DNA of 64,000 nucleotides from Auanema rhodensis (Eukaryota > Animalia > Nematoda): positions 11,098,001 to 11,162,000 of the forward strand of contig OZ059896.1 in NCBI GenBank assembly GCA_964057225.1. Direction: 5' to 3'. Under the pieces are notes generated by a model. It saw only the letters and a list, made by a program, of their open reading frames with translations, had not been told where the DNA came from and searched no databases. Of this stretch, positions 40,101 to 53,589 are shown piece by piece (within the stretch, counting starts at the first letter, position 1; each line of letters starts with the position of its first letter). Made by a program: the position numbers and the translations under genes.

Positions 40101-40920
40101 TAATTTACTTTTGCGCATGATTATCAAGGTTTAACTGGTGTCAGATGTTGAAAAGATCATTCTATTACTTCCATCTTTCTTTCATTTCTCTCTCTTTCTT
40201 TCTCTGTCTTTCTCTTCATTTTGCTATTCTTATCTTTTCTATTGATGACATCAGAAATATTTAAAAAATATTTCTATATTTATGCATAAGAGATGGCTTT
40301 TCGAGATTGCTTTCAAATTTTATTTTATTTTAATTAGGAACATTGTTCTTACTTTGATTTTAACGCCAAAATTAAAATGAATCATCTATTCCACTCAATT
40401 TTGTACATTTATATTGAACGTCTATTATTCTTTGTTCATGTCTTTTTCTTTATTTCTCTCCAAATACCTCATTTCCATTCTTCGCAATTGGTTTTTCGCT
40501 CTCACTCTATCTGTTCGACCCCCATCCACCTCTCTATATTCTAACTACTGAACAGACAGAAGAGACAGTCATCCTCGCTGCTCTCAACTGTTTAACCTTC
40601 GTTCAGTCAACATAATTCCATACAGGTCCTTCCTTCCCTACAATGATTCACATAGATCAAGCCAATTGATTTACCACGTGTGTATGTAATTCTAGCTAGT
40701 ATTGACACCTTCATTTGGTAATATGCCGCAACTAACTAGTTTTCAGCTTCTGCTTCACTTTATTTACAGCTTTTCTCAATATTTCCAACTGAAAACTGGG
40801 TAAAATAATTTGAAAACATTTTATATTTATGATCTATACAACTAAATATGTATTTTCTTCTTATTTTTTGTTTTATTTCTACTATTCATTCCTTTTTCGA
40901 TTCATTATTAATATTTATAG

Positions 40921-43112
40921 ATGTCTATACTATTTCATGATAATCCTGGGACGTCCCTGGGTGATGTACAATTGAATAATGAAACAGGCTAGTTTAATTT
41001 CAAATATTTTTATTTTATTTTATAAAAACTTTTTATTATATTTTAATTTTTTTTAGATGATTTCATAACGTCCCCAGAATGGTTTGATGAGATTTTTCCC
41101 AATAACTCCTTCATAGATAGCCCAACTCATACTCAAATCCGAGGCTATTGTCGAGATGTTTTACAGTTTACTGATCCATGGATTGGGTATGTATAAATCA
41201 TATAATATAAATTTATTTATATTTATATTGTTCAGCGTTCGTTATTGGGATTGGGCAATTTTGATTCCAAATTTTACTTTTCTACTATTTCTTGTATTCA
41301 ATGTAAGATGTGTGTTGCGAAAAACGCGCAACTCAAAAAGTCCAGTACTGAAAGCATTTTTCATTTTGGTATAAGATATATTATATATTATAAATTAATA
41401 TATTTATTATATTTAAAGGTTTATTTAACAACAATAATGAATGTATTACGATGTATTGTGTCGATGACAATCACAATTACAAATCCATTTGGAGAATATA
41501 TTGATAAGGTGAATTTTTAGTTCAATTCATTTATTTATTTAATTTTTGTGTTCAAACCTTTTTCTCAAAAATTGTTTTTTTTTCAGATCCTCTGGATTTC
41601 CATCAAATTCTTTTATACGATGGCGGAATTGTGCGTTCTGACTTTCGCTTTACTATTCGGTTTGTTTATATTTCTTCATTTTCTTTTCCTTCCTGCGACA
41701 AAATTAGAAAGAATTTACTGAATTTACAAATATATCGAACAAACTTTTCTTTTTTTCTTATATATGTGTTACAACTAGTTCTCTTTTCTTTGTTAATACA
41801 CATTGATCTACAAAACTTAAATAAGAAACGAAAAACAAATAGTCAAGTTACATAAAAATTGATACTGAAATGATGTCCATCTATACTTCTTCAATATGTA
41901 TGTATGAGATATATCGATATCACTTAAAGTTTTAGTTACATGAGCATACAGATAGATAGATAAATATATTCAAATATATATTATATTGATTATATATAAT
42001 TTTTTATCAAAAAGAATGAAATTTCAGGACAATTGGATAGTTCGAGAAGTGTACGACGGGTATTATTTGCAACATTAGTTATAAGTTTATGTCATACTGC
42101 TCTTCAAACTGTGATTGATATGAAGCTTATTGATGAGGTAATAACAACCATTTATATCATTTTCATCACATTTTTAATATATTTTATAGTCAATTATTGA
42201 TCCGTTTTACTTTAATTTACATTCTGATGGAGGATTGGTATTTTGGATTCTAACATCGTGTGCTTTTATTCTTGTTTATATGTTTGTTTTGTGCTTACCA
42301 CTTACATGCTTTCGAAAATATGTTACATTACCAAGTATGTGAAATATATTTTTTTCTAATTTAAAATTAATTTATTTTAAGGTCGTTGTTCTTTTTATGG
42401 GTATTGCATATTTCTGGTAATATTAAACTTTATGCAAGCATCTGGTGCTCTGCTCATGCTTTTCAAAGCTCAGGATGGAATATGTTTTACAAATATTTCA
42501 ACTTATATTTTCTTCTGTTTCTACACACCTATTGTTTATGCTACATTCCTGAAACGATCATTAAAGTAAGCATATTTATAAGAACTTTATCATCACCAAG
42601 TTCTTTTAAAGTTTTATTAATTTTTTCAATTTCAGACATCCCGCATCAAATCCCAGTGGTGGCTTGTTCTCTTACAGGAAACAAAAGGACGAATCAGGTT
42701 CTGGAGAACTACCGGATTCCTATTATCCTCGTTTCTCAGGTATTTTTAAGATTAATTTTTCTTAAATTATCAAATAAATTTTATTGATTTAATTTGAATC
42801 TATCGAATTAAAACTTATGGTTCAGGTTTAACATCACCTTCCTATGATGATTTATTCGATTGTGGGCGTGATGACCGTTATACCGATTATGAATTCACCC
42901 GAGATTATCTACAGTATCCTTATGATACACCATTAATGGTTTCTGAAACTGCCGAAAGTACCGTAACAACCAGAACAGGCTCCGACGATTTGGAAGGACG
43001 TCAACGTGACAGTATGATGTGGAGCAATTCACTAGAGCGCGCACCACGACAACTTAAAGGTCTGGGCGCTAATGGAACATTAGTATTCGAAGACCAGAAC
43101 AGATGGCGTTGA
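40921..43112 (+). CDS. tpra-1: Transmembrane protein adipocyte-associated 1 (TPRA1/GPR175) orthologue, about 440 aa, 10 coding exons
   Basis: Exons 40921-40987, 41057-41186, 41236-41368, 41419-41508, 41587-41659, 42028-42137, 42190-42334, 42382-42565, 42636-42739 and 42826-43112 total 1323 nt, open to TGA. The motifs VRYWDWAILIPNFTFLLFL, SPVLKAFFIL, IDKILWISIKFF..ELCVL..FGQLDSSRSVRRVL, GGLVFW and LPSRCSFYGY match the TPRA1 family (VRYWDLLLLIPN, ADKILWEITRFF, FGHLESKSSIKRVL, LPSRRSFYVY). The first donor is ambiguous (see findings). Confidence 0.93.
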
Positions 43113-45299
43113 ACTTTTGGCTTACAACGGTGATCATCTTTTTTTAAAGCTATTCACCATTTCTCTTTAATTTTCATATCAAATGCTTAATCACATCTGT
43201 TGACATTTCTCCATCAACTGTTTTTCCCTTGTCATAAGAGTATACACTATGTAACTTTCTTTATTTCATTAATAGGGTCTGAATTGAAAAATGATGCAGT
43301 TAACAGTTTTCGATCATACATGTTTACGTGCAATCTCAGGATTATAATTATCTTATTTAATAATTATTATTTTTTTAAAATTCAGGCAGTTAAATAAGGA
43401 AAGCTAATTTCTTTTAAAAATTTTTTTTTTGATATTTTCACGATTTCATTGAATACGTTTTGTTTTAAGAACATATTTTGCGATTCATTAATCCTCTGAC
43501 TCATCAGTACCTCTTCTAACTTTTTAATTTCTCTGAATACGAAATCGTAATACAGGAAGATTATGCAAACTATTCTGTCACTGTCTTTAGTTATGGTTCT
43601 TCTTGTCTGAACATGGTTAAAATGGACTTTGAAGTTCCTGTATACTCAAGTCATGGGTTGTTGCACTAGCATCAAATTGATTGCTTTAATTATTAATCTC
43701 GTTGAAATTACCGATTCATGAATATAAAATCAAAATGATTTTATCTTAGTTCTTAGATTATTAGTCTTTAAAACATTTTCTATACATATGGTTTTGTAAA
43801 TAGTTGTCCATAGCTATTGTTTGTTTCTCTTAGAATCATGGTTCTTCTGCCTGATTATTTCCTCCAAACGATATTGTAATCTTAGTTATATCTACTTCGA
43901 CCCTTCGAATGCTATTTTTTACCGGTTCTTGCAAACTAAAAACAAAGAAAATTATTTGCAAACTATTTCTGTTCTCTCAATTTCATTTAAAATGAAAAAA
44001 CTACTTGTATACTGACCGAGGTCGACGAAATCATAGAATAAATATTTTTTATTTCTTTTATTTGTATTTTTCTAAAATAGTAAAGGATTTCTTAATAAAA
44101 AGTGTTGTGCATGTATCATATCTCAGAAGCTTAGCTCATGCTAAGGTTGATTCATAAACTTTAAAGAAAACATGATGATAATATTAAAAATTATTTTTTT
44201 TTAATACAAAAAAGATGAAATGAACGTGTAAAGACGTTATTTAACTATTGGATTTATCTAGAAAAAAATAATTACGGTAATGATAAAATGATGTAACAAA
44301 ACAAATGAAAAAGAAGAAAAATAAACACAACAACTAGAAATTCTTGTTTCAAAAACTCGAGCTCCTTCTATTTTTTTCTTTGGAGTTAGTATTTTTGTCT
44401 TAAGATTTATAATTTGCTTGAAAAGGGTAATCGGTAATGAGAAAGGGATGTTTCATCGGAAGATAGCAAATGTTTTTCGATATAATCACTAAATTCAACG
44501 AAAAGTTATGAAATAACAAATTCATTGGAATTACTAAAACCAACTGGAAGACCAAAGAAAACAAGAGGAAGAAAAGATTGTGCAATCATAAGTTGTTATT
44601 TGAAGAATTTATCGTTTTCCAGAACACAAATTCTGAATCATGTAAAGTTGAAATATACTTCAACTGATTCTACAATTAGAAAATGAATAAGAGGTCATCA
44701 TATGAGTTATTAAACTATTTTCATTACTTAAAGTTTTTTCTTTAAAAATAAAACTATTTTTCATATTTTTTTTTGAAATGTTATGACATAACTTACATGA
44801 ATAAAATGAAAACTATTAAAGAAATCTTGAAATTGAAAAAGTTTTGAAAGACAAACAGATTCATATTATATAAATTATATTGATAATCATATAAAACATT
44901 ATAATAAACGAAATAATGAGTTGAATCTTTTAAATTTTTGATGAAATTCTAAGAAACTATAGATGATTCAATACTGATCTGAATAAGTACAAATAGTAAA
45001 TAGAATATTTTAATATCTTCGTACTTGGTTCAATATCATCTCAACTATTATCCGGATTAACTTTTGTTCACGATCTCATCACATGAGAGCCGAACCGAGG
45101 ATCAATAAATTGCACAGCTAGGTCAACTAGAAGCTATATTTTGATCATTTTGCTTCCTTAAATTAATTTTTTAGTTTCTTTAACTACTCTTAACGACTGA
45201 ATTAAGAAGTATCATTCTGAGAAAAGACATTATAGATGTAGTACAAGCATATATAGCTTTGTAAAAGAAGATATAGAAAACGATACATTACGTAGTATT

Positions 45300-45920
45300 A
45301 CACATAGTACGTTTGGTGTATTTGACCCGCTTTTCACAAACCTGAAATTCGAGGTGTTTACACGGAATGCGCTTAAAAATGCTCGTGTGAACCGAAAAGC
45401 CATAACAGATGCTGCAGATCAGATCATAAAAAAATTCGAGTTAAGCTTATGAAGCAATCGACGGCTCCGGAGGGGTAGCGCCCGGTACTTGACGCATTCA
45501 AATCGAATTGCTTATGAGAACTGTGGGATGCGCTAGCTAAGGCTAAGCGGCTGTTTGGGGAAAACAGAGAGTCACTCCGACGTCTGCTGCAAGACAGGAC
45601 AACTTCTTAGTTTTGCCGCTATCTTTGGCTTTGGTCATTGTGTTACCTAAGTCGGAGGTAGCTAGTCAAGAAGGGTGTATGCCGTGACGACGATGTCAGA
45701 TGAATGAAGATAATATATTCAATTGCCGACGAAGCTTCTAAACCATAACCATGTCTCTCAGGAAGCTAGCGGAAGATATGTATCAAATCTGCTTATTCTC
45801 GTAAAAGACGATTACCATCTGATTTTCCAAATAAGCCCGGAAGGCAGGGACGTCAACGATGTTAAGCCCCCCGTGTTGTGCTGGCATCTAGCCAGTTATT
45901 ATTTTGGCATGTAGCCAGTG
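45300..45920 (-). mobile_element. Decayed non-LTR retrotransposon C-terminal fragment (R2/NeSL/R4-like)
   Basis: Sharp GC-elevated island with stops in all frames. The minus strand gives MPAQHGGLNIVD (post-RT P..GGL.I.D motif). About 150 codons later come VKYRALPLRSRR and CSICYGF..(frameshift)EHF*AHS, a degenerate CCHC knuckle. Confidence 0.45.
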
Positions 45921-46764
45921 ATTTACTTTTTATCATTTGTCCTCCTGACTTTTTTCCATCGTTTAGTGCTATATATAGAAGAGAATAGCTGAGAGAAGCA
46001 TCTCTTTTTTCTGAAAATAGAGAAGAAGCTTGTTTTTAGGGATCATCTTCACTCTAATAGTTTTTGGTATATAGGAGTGTATTTCCTTTCTACTCATTTT
46101 TGTTATCAAAATATCTTTTTGTTGTGAAAACGACAAGGTTTCGCTTTTATTAATAGATTCTTGTCAAAGTAAGGGTTAATTTTTTTGTTCACGACAACAT
46201 TACACTTTGTTATTCATATTTTATGTAAAAATCAAAGAAAGTGTTTGTTCATTTTATCAGTTTTTTCTCCTTCATGACTTTCTTTTTCAACTTTTCTTTT
46301 TACAAATTTCATCTATGAACTAATATAAATGAAGCCAATTTTTAAAAATAATTCATAACAATGTTTTTCATTCTCATAACAACTTACTAGAATATCTTCC
46401 CAGGGATCTTTACATATACTCAATGTTTCATGTAATTGAAGATCTGTGGCAACTTTTACTTTCTCATGTCTGATAACAGTTTAAAGAAACAAAACGAAAC
46501 TAGGTTGAATCTCATCTATCATCGTTATTCAAGATCAAAATGATGTTTGATGTAACTAATCGAAATCTTCTGAATAATTTCAAAACTTCAGCTAATACTT
46601 TTCAAACTTGATAACGATGACGGATGAGATACAACCTCTTCATATAATTTTGTTTTGAAACGAGTTTGAAGTATAGCGTGATTGAAGTTAAATGTGCTTT
46701 TTACATCGGAAATATTTTTGTATCAGCATTTTATATGTATAATTAGTAAATATTTATATTTTAC

Positions 46765-46796
<32 letters not shown>

Positions 46797-49117
46797 CTGT
46801 ATGATATTATGATGATCAAATGTTAAAACTATTTATATATCTTTGAAAATATAATTTTTGACTATATAGGAAGAAAGTATAGTATATACATATATGTATA
46901 TCGCATTACTTCTTTTTTCCCAAAAACTTATTTTGTTTTTGTTCAAAGTTTTTACCCGACAGAAACTTAAGCTTTGAAAATTAAATTTAAAATTGCAGGT
47001 TTTTCATATTCAAAATTTATATTGAAATATCTTAAAGCATTAAAATATTAATTCCTAATATTATGTAAGAATGAAATGAATCATTTTTCATCTCTATAGC
47101 TGTAATATGATTCTTTGTTCTGTTTAGAAATCTGATTTATACGATATATGAATATACATATACATATATCATTTATTCTATAATATATCTCCTATATTTT
47201 CTAGAATGAATAATAACTACAAAGTATGAAAAAAAAAACTTTTTTAAGCGTTAAAACAAGAAAACATTTGAATGATTTGTCTTCTAAAATACATACAACA
47301 TTTGTGTATTCTACAGGTTTTCAAACTTATTTCTCGTTATATATACATATCCGTATGTCAGAATATTATTATTTCATCTATTCTTCAGTCTCTAACCTCA
47401 TTTTTCTATTTGACTCTTCTTTTATCAACTAACAACTGACTTCACATCATTTCTCGTATGACTTTTCGGATTTAATTTCAAAGCTCAAATGGTTTTTAAG
47501 AATATTTTTAAGACGAAATACAATATCTTTCCATCTTCTTCACACCATTGCTTTTCTTCCTTTTTACAACGTACGAGGCCATTTTTTACTCACAGAGTTC
47601 ATGATATGCCTCATTCTTGAACCATTCGACTAATGGCAAATGATGTGGAGAAAATGACTTTAGTTTTCTTCTCTTAATTCATTCATTTTCTATTTATTTG
47701 ATCATTAAAACGTCATTATTTCATATAAAGATTCTAAGTTCCTTTTCAAATAGATATCTATATATGTACATATATAGATAGATAGATAGATAGATATAAA
47801 CATATGAATATGTATGTAAACTTGTTGCTTTTTCTTCTTTTTCTTCTTCTTCTTCATCCTCATCCTCATACCAAAAGTTAGAAAAGAACATGAATAAAAG
47901 AAGATTATGACTGTGAGAATTGAAACACCAAAATATTCATGAAATTCAGTGTTTTTTTTTTATTTTAAGAAACTTTCGAATATATATAGGCAAGAAACAG
48001 AAGAACATCATCATTCATTCCTTTCTTTTTTCTTTTTTTTTTGTTAAAACGACCTCATTGAAGTGCACATCTAACTAAGTAACTAACTCATTGACAAACA
48101 TTACTTTTCAATATTTAAATCATACCGTATAGTTTAAATTACTAATCTTTATGCAGAAAATAGTAATAGTAATAGCACATATATATATATATATATTCAA
48201 AATAAGTTATATTAATTCATTTATATATAGAAATATGTAATATTCTTAAGAATATATTGATCTATGATATTCTTTGATCAATCTTAGTTTCAAATATTAT
48301 ATAAAGTATGTCATATCTTAACTATTCATATATAGTTTTGTATAATGAACTTGTTTGTTTTTTTCAAATTTTAATAAAAAAATACAGAAAAGAAAATGAA
48401 ATTGATATCGTACAAGTTGTGGGAAGAAAAGTTAAATTGAAATATCATTGAGAAAGATTCATTTTCATTTAATCTTCCAACTTTTCAATTACTAGTCCTT
48501 TTAGAAGAATTTTCGAAAAAGTCAAAATTTGGTTTCTGAAACTTGGTTTCAGCTTTATGGTTGATTAATCCAAATCTAACATCGTTATTTGAATTATTCT
48601 AAATTTGGTATCAATCTATATCATCTTATATTTCTTTCTTTTTTGTTGAAAAAACGTTTTCATTTCTTCATCAAATAATATTTCATAAAATCTTCTTTAG
48701 TTTGTATACATTGATGTTCATTTTACATTTGCACTTCAAATAGTTTGAAAGTTAACTAGATAACTATTGTCATTAAGTTATTATATTTCATTTTATTATT
48801 TTCCTTTTTTTTTTGAAGAAAAGGAAAAAGAATTAGAATTATCCAATATATATAATATATATAAACTCTATACATCTACATATAAGTATGTGCAAAAGCG
48901 TTATGAACATCTAATGTTTTAGTTTCTTGAGATGCCAAGTTCAAGTAGGAGTGTTAAGAGAGAAACTTTACTGAAAGAAAGTGTTAATAAACTAATAAGA
49001 CCAAATATAATAACGTACTACTAGACTAGTTAACTATATCTTCCCTATAGTTACCTAATTTACTCAAATCCAACAACAGAACATAGATATCTATTTCCCT
49101 AATTTAGATCTTAGGTA

Positions 49118-49118
<1 letters not shown>

Positions 49119-49174
<56 letters not shown>
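49119..49174. repeat. (CT)n microsatellite
   Basis: Directly visible. Confidence 0.95.
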
Positions 49175-49178
<4 letters not shown>

Positions 49179-52100
49179 ATTTGTTATTTATCGAAAACAA
49201 ATTAGTTTGCCACTGTAATCTAAAAATATTTTTAAATGATTCAATGATTTTCTATTTTTTCTGAAATTTTTCATCTCCTAATTTATCAATTTTATTATTA
49301 GAATATTAGCTAAGATCATTAAATATTCTAAAAATTGGTAATATGAACTTGATAATTACTATAAAAAGTTTAATGAAGTTTCATTAATCATACGTTAATT
49401 ATAGTTAAAATGCATTTATTTGAATATATTCTCCAAAATATTTAAACAAAAACGTTTTGCCATCCTATAAGAGTTACACATCGAAGGTTAACAGGATTAC
49501 AAAATGTGAGTTTATGCTTCATATAAATACATTGTTTTTAGAATTCTTTTGAGAACAAAAAAGAAGAATAAATTCTTTTGTAAATCTTTTCAGCTATTAA
49601 TAGTTGGAAGCATCTCTTTCTTTTTATTTTTATAACAAGAAAAAAAAAAGATTTCAATACTTAAAACTGATATGAACTTAGTTATAAACTTCTTTTTTTT
49701 TATTTTTAATGTTCAAAATATCTTGGATCTTTTCTATGAATAAGCAAAAAGATTTAAATTTACATTATTCACTCATCTATTTGGCATTTTGCGTGGTGGT
49801 GGAAGATCGCATAACTCATATTATAATTATTTCCTAAATATATTCCAAGTCTTATGCAAAAGAAAGTTTATTCTTACTCATATATCAAGCTTTATTTTTA
49901 TTTTTTAACCTTATATTTGAACTATTTAATCGGTAAAAACCATTATTTATTATGAAAATACTTAAATATACAACTATATATCTAAATTTTTATTAAAATT
50001 TGTTTAATTAATGTAAAATAAGAGCTTATACATTGTATCAAATTCTATTTTATACAAATTGTTCTTTCATCTTATTACATTTCTATAAAAATCTAAATAA
50101 TGTAAATGGAAAAGTCTTTCTTTTCATCAAATTGTTTATTTGATAACTTCAACTACATTCTAACACATTTTCAATCAAAAACAAAGCAAACTTCAAACTT
50201 CATGAGAAATATACAAACTTCAAGAGGGATCTGTCAGTTTGTTGACCACCTGATCTTTAACAGCACACAATGACTTTGCACTACAATCTTTTTCTTTTTT
50301 TTTTTGAAAAATCTTTAACCTTTCTTCTCAATATTATTACAAATAGTTAGTAAATAAAACAAAAATTATAATATATTTGTTATATTACAATTTCTTTTCT
50401 TTTTTTCTTCAAAATTAAGTATTTATAAAAATGTTTTTGTTTATTTTCAAGTATGAATAGTTTGCATAATACTTATACAGTTTATCTTTATAATTTCACC
50501 TTTTATTTCTATATAAAAAGAAATATTATTCATTATTTATATAAATATATCTTTACTAATATATGTATTTTCATAAGAATCTATTAACAATATTATAAAT
50601 ATATTCTTAGAAATATACTAAGTGTTTTTCATATTTTTAATTTTCAACTTATTCTCACATTTTTTTATTTTTTGCTTACATCATCATCGTCTTTTGTGGA
50701 ACATTTTCATGATGGATATGAGATGTTACTTCGTCTTTTAGTTGCTTAAAGATCTTTCTTCATTTGATCAGATCATTCTGAAAAGTACAACAAGACCACA
50801 TCTAATAATTATTTATTTCTTTTATTAATTTATATTATTTTAATATTTTTGAGATAAGATTTGAATTATTTTACAAGCTTACATCATATCGTATCTGAAA
50901 AAAAAAAGATTTTGTTTTTTCATTTTCTAAAATAATTCAAATTCTTTAATATTTTAAGAAACTTTTTGTCATTTAGTTTCTAAAATTAAAGTCATTTTTC
51001 GTGTCAAAAAATAATTCTTATTACAGCTTATTGAAGAAGAAGAAATGACATTTGTTTAAAGGCTCTCTCATTTCGTTCGTCATAATCAGTCTTCTTTAAA
51101 ACTTCACAAGCTCTTATGACCGTAGTTTTAAGAAATTAACAATTTTTTTTGAAGAAAAAAAATTGTTTACTAAACAAAAATTATAATTTACTTTAAACTA
51201 ATAATAAACAAATGTTCATAACCATCCAATTAATATCAAGTTTTAAGTTGTAAAAGATGAAATAGCTTCTTGATATAATGAAAGAAACTATTGAATTTCT
51301 CATAATTAAGTTCATTAAGCTAACATATCTTTATAAAAATATATTTGTTCATTACATTTAAAGTTTGTCTTATATATATATTCTTAAAGTTTTGTCACTT
51401 CAGAGCTTTTGCCAGATGTGATCATCACGTGTGTATGTGTGTGTATGATTGTTTTATCTAATAATTTGTAAACAATTTAAAATATTAAGAACTCATTTCT
51501 TTCTTTATAAGAAAAAAATCAAAATTAAAAATAATATTAAATGGTTTTTTGAATGGAACTTAATGATTTTCAAATTATTTCCTTAGTACTTTAATATTTG
51601 TGGTTAAAGTTTTCATTCAGTACTAACATCATGTGTTTTATTCATTGGTAATTGAAAAAATATAAAAGTGTTGAACACATTCATTTTGAAATTTGACCTC
51701 ATTTTCTATTTTCATCCAAAAGAATTTCAAAGATTTTTTTATCACAACTATTGGCTGAAAAATCACTTTCAGCTTCTTTTTCTTTCTTTTTTTTGCTTGT
51801 TAAGTGTAATATCTGAGGTCACCTTTAAGCTTTCATATATCTGACGCCCTCATACGACAATTGGTAGTTCAAATCAAGCATGATATATGATATCTTGATA
51901 TCTATTGAAATAAACAAAAAAAACTATGTGTAGTGTTAAGATATATTGTGAGAGAAAGTATAGATAAAGATATATAAATGAGATTGTTATCAGTCATTTG
52001 AAAAGTTTGAAGATGAAAAGATTAAATGAAAAAAAAAGTAGGAGAGGCGGTTGATTAAGCATGAATTGAGTTTCTTGATCTTCTATTAAGATCTTTCATC

Positions 52101-52531
52101 TTCAATCTATACATCCTTGAAATTTATACCTATTCTTTGTGCATGTGTGTTGTGTTAAAACTATTCCCATATTTTAGTATAAAACATATACATATACATA
52201 TATTCTGTTATTTCAAATGTTATTTTCTTGTTCGTATAACCCATAAGACTTAAACTTCCATACATGGACCGGAAAAGTAATTTTTCTCTTTACTTAAAAA
52301 TTTGTTCTTGCTTGACCTTTAAAGCAGACTTTTGAGCTTTTTCGCCCCCCTTTGCCTTATAGAAATGTTTCTTTCGACATGTTATCTGTGTCATATGTAT
52401 ATAAACATTAATTTATTACTATTTTTCAAGGTTTATAGAAATCTTATTGTACTTTTATTTATTTTTTTTTCAAATATATTATATACAATAGTCTTAAAAT
52501 ATATTTTTATTTAGAATAACGTCTGCTAAAC

Positions 52532-52965
52532 ATGGGTTCAGGAATGGCTAAATATTCTGATCATGATACATATTATAAGAGAAGACGTGGAACAAGAGGT
52601 TATTTCTTTTATTTATTCATACTTATTATAACAATTATTTTAGTTAATTCTGAAGTTGAAAAATGCTTTTCCAAAGAATATAGCGAGTACTGGAAGGTAG
52701 AGCCAAAAAAAAATGTAGGAGAAAACTTCATGATTGATCGAAATGAATATGGAACAGGAAAAAAAGGATTTTGTAAGTTTTCTTAAAGATTTTATGAAAG
52801 AAAAATGTTAAATAAATAACTAATTTATATGAAAAATATAAATTTATAGATGGATCTCCTTTAAAAGACAGAACTCGAACATCACAATTTGCTTCATCAT
52901 TTTCATCAGCTGATAAAAGTTCTCCAGGAATAACTTCTGGACCAACTCAACGATTGAACAGATAA
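52532..52965 (+). CDS. Small unknown protein (about 103 aa) with an N-terminal myristoylation-type motif MGSGMAK
   Basis: Exons 52532-52598, 52644-52772 and 52850-52965 total 312 nt. Splice sites are GT-AG, an acceptor lies just upstream of the ATG, and composition is coding-like against an extremely AT-rich background. Product: MGSGMAKYSDHDTYYKRRRGTRVNSEVEKCFSKEYSEYWKVEPKKNVGENFMIDRNEYGTGKKGFYGSPLKDRTRTSQFASSFSSADKSSPGITSGPTQRLNR. No family recognised. Confidence 0.75.
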
Positions 52966-53589
52966 ATCATTTTGAGAGAACTTAATGAAAATAGTCGACG
53001 TCGTGTTCATTCATTATAATGATTATATACTATATCTATCTTCTGTCATAATATACATATATTTTAAGTTCAAACATTACAAAAAGAATCATTCATGACT
53101 TTTTCTTTATTTTTTATTTAAATATTATATAAGAAATTCCTCATTTTATGTGATATTTCAAAGTGATACACTTCTTTTCTTTTCTTTTTTTCTTTTTCTA
53201 TTTCTTGTACAACAAATATACAATATACATATGTATATACATATATATGTATGTATGTTGTATCTATGCATGTATTCATCATCATGTGAAATACTCAAGT
53301 TCCTTATTATTTTCAATAAATATTTTCTATATTTTATTTCATTTCAGGCAAAAAATATATTTATTTATTTATTTATTATAATAATATAAATTAATATTAT
53401 AATAATATTATTGAAGAAAAAGTATCACATTTACATTTCCCTTTTAACACATTACATTTCTTTTCTAAACACCCTGCTTAATAGCAATGCGATTATTTTG
53501 AGACCAAACATAGTTTTGTAAAATAAAAAATAAATAAAATACAATAACCTGACAATATTAAAAGCAAATTATGTATTAATAGTGAAAAG

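Noticed and set aside
45061-45100. Minus-strand TGAGATCGTGAAC in a small hairpin
   Set aside because: Only about 12 bp of interrupted stem, and the match is limited to the seed.
45535-45548. GCTAAGGCTAAGC as a telomeric or template repeat
   Set aside because: The unit corresponds to TTAGCC, not nematode TTAGGC.
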